A DNA stretch of 63,890 nucleotides, counting the filler, from Atractiella rhizophila (Eukaryota): assembly GCA_021432655.1 (NCBI GenBank). It is 5 parts of 5 records of this genome, joined end to end, with 100 filler letters (N's around TTAATTAATTAA, not from the genome) between each part and the next. Parts side by side here need not be neighbours in the genome. Positions count along the whole stretch, not along the records: positions 60,953 to 63,890 come from MU271956.1; 4 more parts are not named here. One strand, given 5' to 3'. This document shows, piece by piece, positions 62,925 to 63,890 of this stretch (the first letter of the stretch is position 1; each line of letters opens with the position of its first letter). Under the pieces are notes generated by a model. It was not told the DNA's origin and did not search any database. It worked only from the letters and a program-made list of their open reading frames with translations. The position numbers and the translations under genes are program-made.

Positions 62925-63393
62925 CGCGGTTTTTGGTGTTGTTTTCTTCGGTTTGTGGTGTGACCTGGGCAGAATTAGGGTTGACCCTACAACTGACCCA
63001 AGCAACAATCGGCCAGATCGAACCAGGAACTCTTTCACACTCGTCTACTCTTTGTGAAGCCCGTCCCTCGTCTTGAAACGCAGCTTAGACTAGGTGAAGT
63101 GGGAGATTTTGAGGCTCAGAGTCTGGAGATCTTGGGAAACCAACCGGAGTGTGGCGTTGCAGCAAACAAGCGCAACGCAGCGGCATAAGTGCAAAACAAG
63201 GGTTGAATCACCAAGGTGTGTCCTGTCAATTTGTGCTTACTCGGTGGTCAATGTGCGCGTATAGATGCTCCCGACTCCAGACGTGAATAATGGCTCAAGG
63301 AGACGTCCCCGCGTGGAAACTCACACCACCACAACGACTCATGCTCTCCCCTTTGATCCACTTCCAACCGCCTCAACTTCAATCTCTCTTCCA

Positions 63394-63890
63394 ATGCCTC
63401 CAAATGAATCGTCAGCAGACTACTCCGCACTTCACCTCGCGCCACCAACTGTACGACGCGTCGTTACTACTACAACAACCACCACGCTCACATTCCCACC
63501 GCTTCTCATACCACGACCCAAAAGTCCACAACATGTCGAGCCGCTTGACAAGAAGAAGTACCCGCTTTCTCAAGCTGAGACGCCTTGGAATTTGAGGAGA
63601 TTTAGAATGGAACAACTTGATGCCGATGGAAGTGAAGGAGGGACGAGAGGCCTAGTCTACGATCGCGTCGTGCCTAGTCTCCCTTCTGCATTAACTTCAG
63701 CGAACGATTTCCCTACCCAACCTCCATCACGAATTAGATCGCGAGATGAAGCAGAGGTCGTCTTGCCTACTCCTGATGTCTCTTCAGCAAACCTGCCTGC
63801 TTTTCGCCTACCTACTTCCCTTTCCCAAGAATCGACCAGCGTCAATAGGAATCGACGATCCAGCTCCGCCGTGCCAGCCGTGGTGCGCCG
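63394..63890 (+). CDS. N-terminus of a Cdc4-like F-box/WD40 protein, 3'-partial
   Basis: Frame open to the window end; VVTTTTTTTLTFPPLLIPRP...LDKKKYPLSQAETPWNLRRF resembles the N-terminal motif of filamentous-fungal Cdc4; no F-box or WD repeats visible here. Confidence 0.5.
   Translation, partial: MPPNESSADYSALHLAPPTVRRVVTTTTTTTLTFPPLLIPRPKSPQHVEPLDKKKYPLSQAETPWNLRRFRMEQLDADGSEGGTRGLVYDRVVPSLPSALTSANDFPTQPPSRIRSRDEAEVVLPTPDVSSANLPAFRLPTSLSQESTSVNRNRRSSSAVPAVVR

Overview
Fungal genomic DNA, most likely a basidiomycete (gene-dense, short GT-AG introns of about 50-60 nt). It is not one continuous molecule: four identical 100-bp N44-TTAATTAATTAA-N44 linkers (17264, 34556, 51832, 60853) join five separate pieces. 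Piece 1 holds UTP7 and a Ulp1 SUMO protease, then a roughly 12-kb nested transposon stack: a LINE relic, two Ty1/copia LTR families, solo LTRs, a protease-like pseudogene and two copies of a 344-bp non-coding miniature LTR element (TRIM). The TRIM has 80-bp LTRs, a PBS, a PPT, 5-bp TSDs and tRNA-type A-box/B-box motifs. Pieces 2-5 carry ordinary genes: lipase, ALG13, two inverted Zn2Cys6 paralogues, an EEP nuclease, a methyltransferase, chitin synthase, a MYND protein, an OB-fold protein, ERCC1/RAD10, an FAD monooxygenase, an F-box protein, TVP23, an amidohydrolase, TCTP, a cupin, a CRAL-TRIO protein, PDB1, an HMG-box protein, and TOS4-like and CDC4-like genes. The best candidates for novelty are the Pol III-box-bearing TRIM, a Shieldin-2-like OB-fold gene head-to-head with ERCC1, a transcription-factor duplication that carried the 3' end of ALG13, and an 811-nt intron in TVP23. 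Gene boundaries are manual splice reconstructions and family calls come from motif recognition, not database searches.
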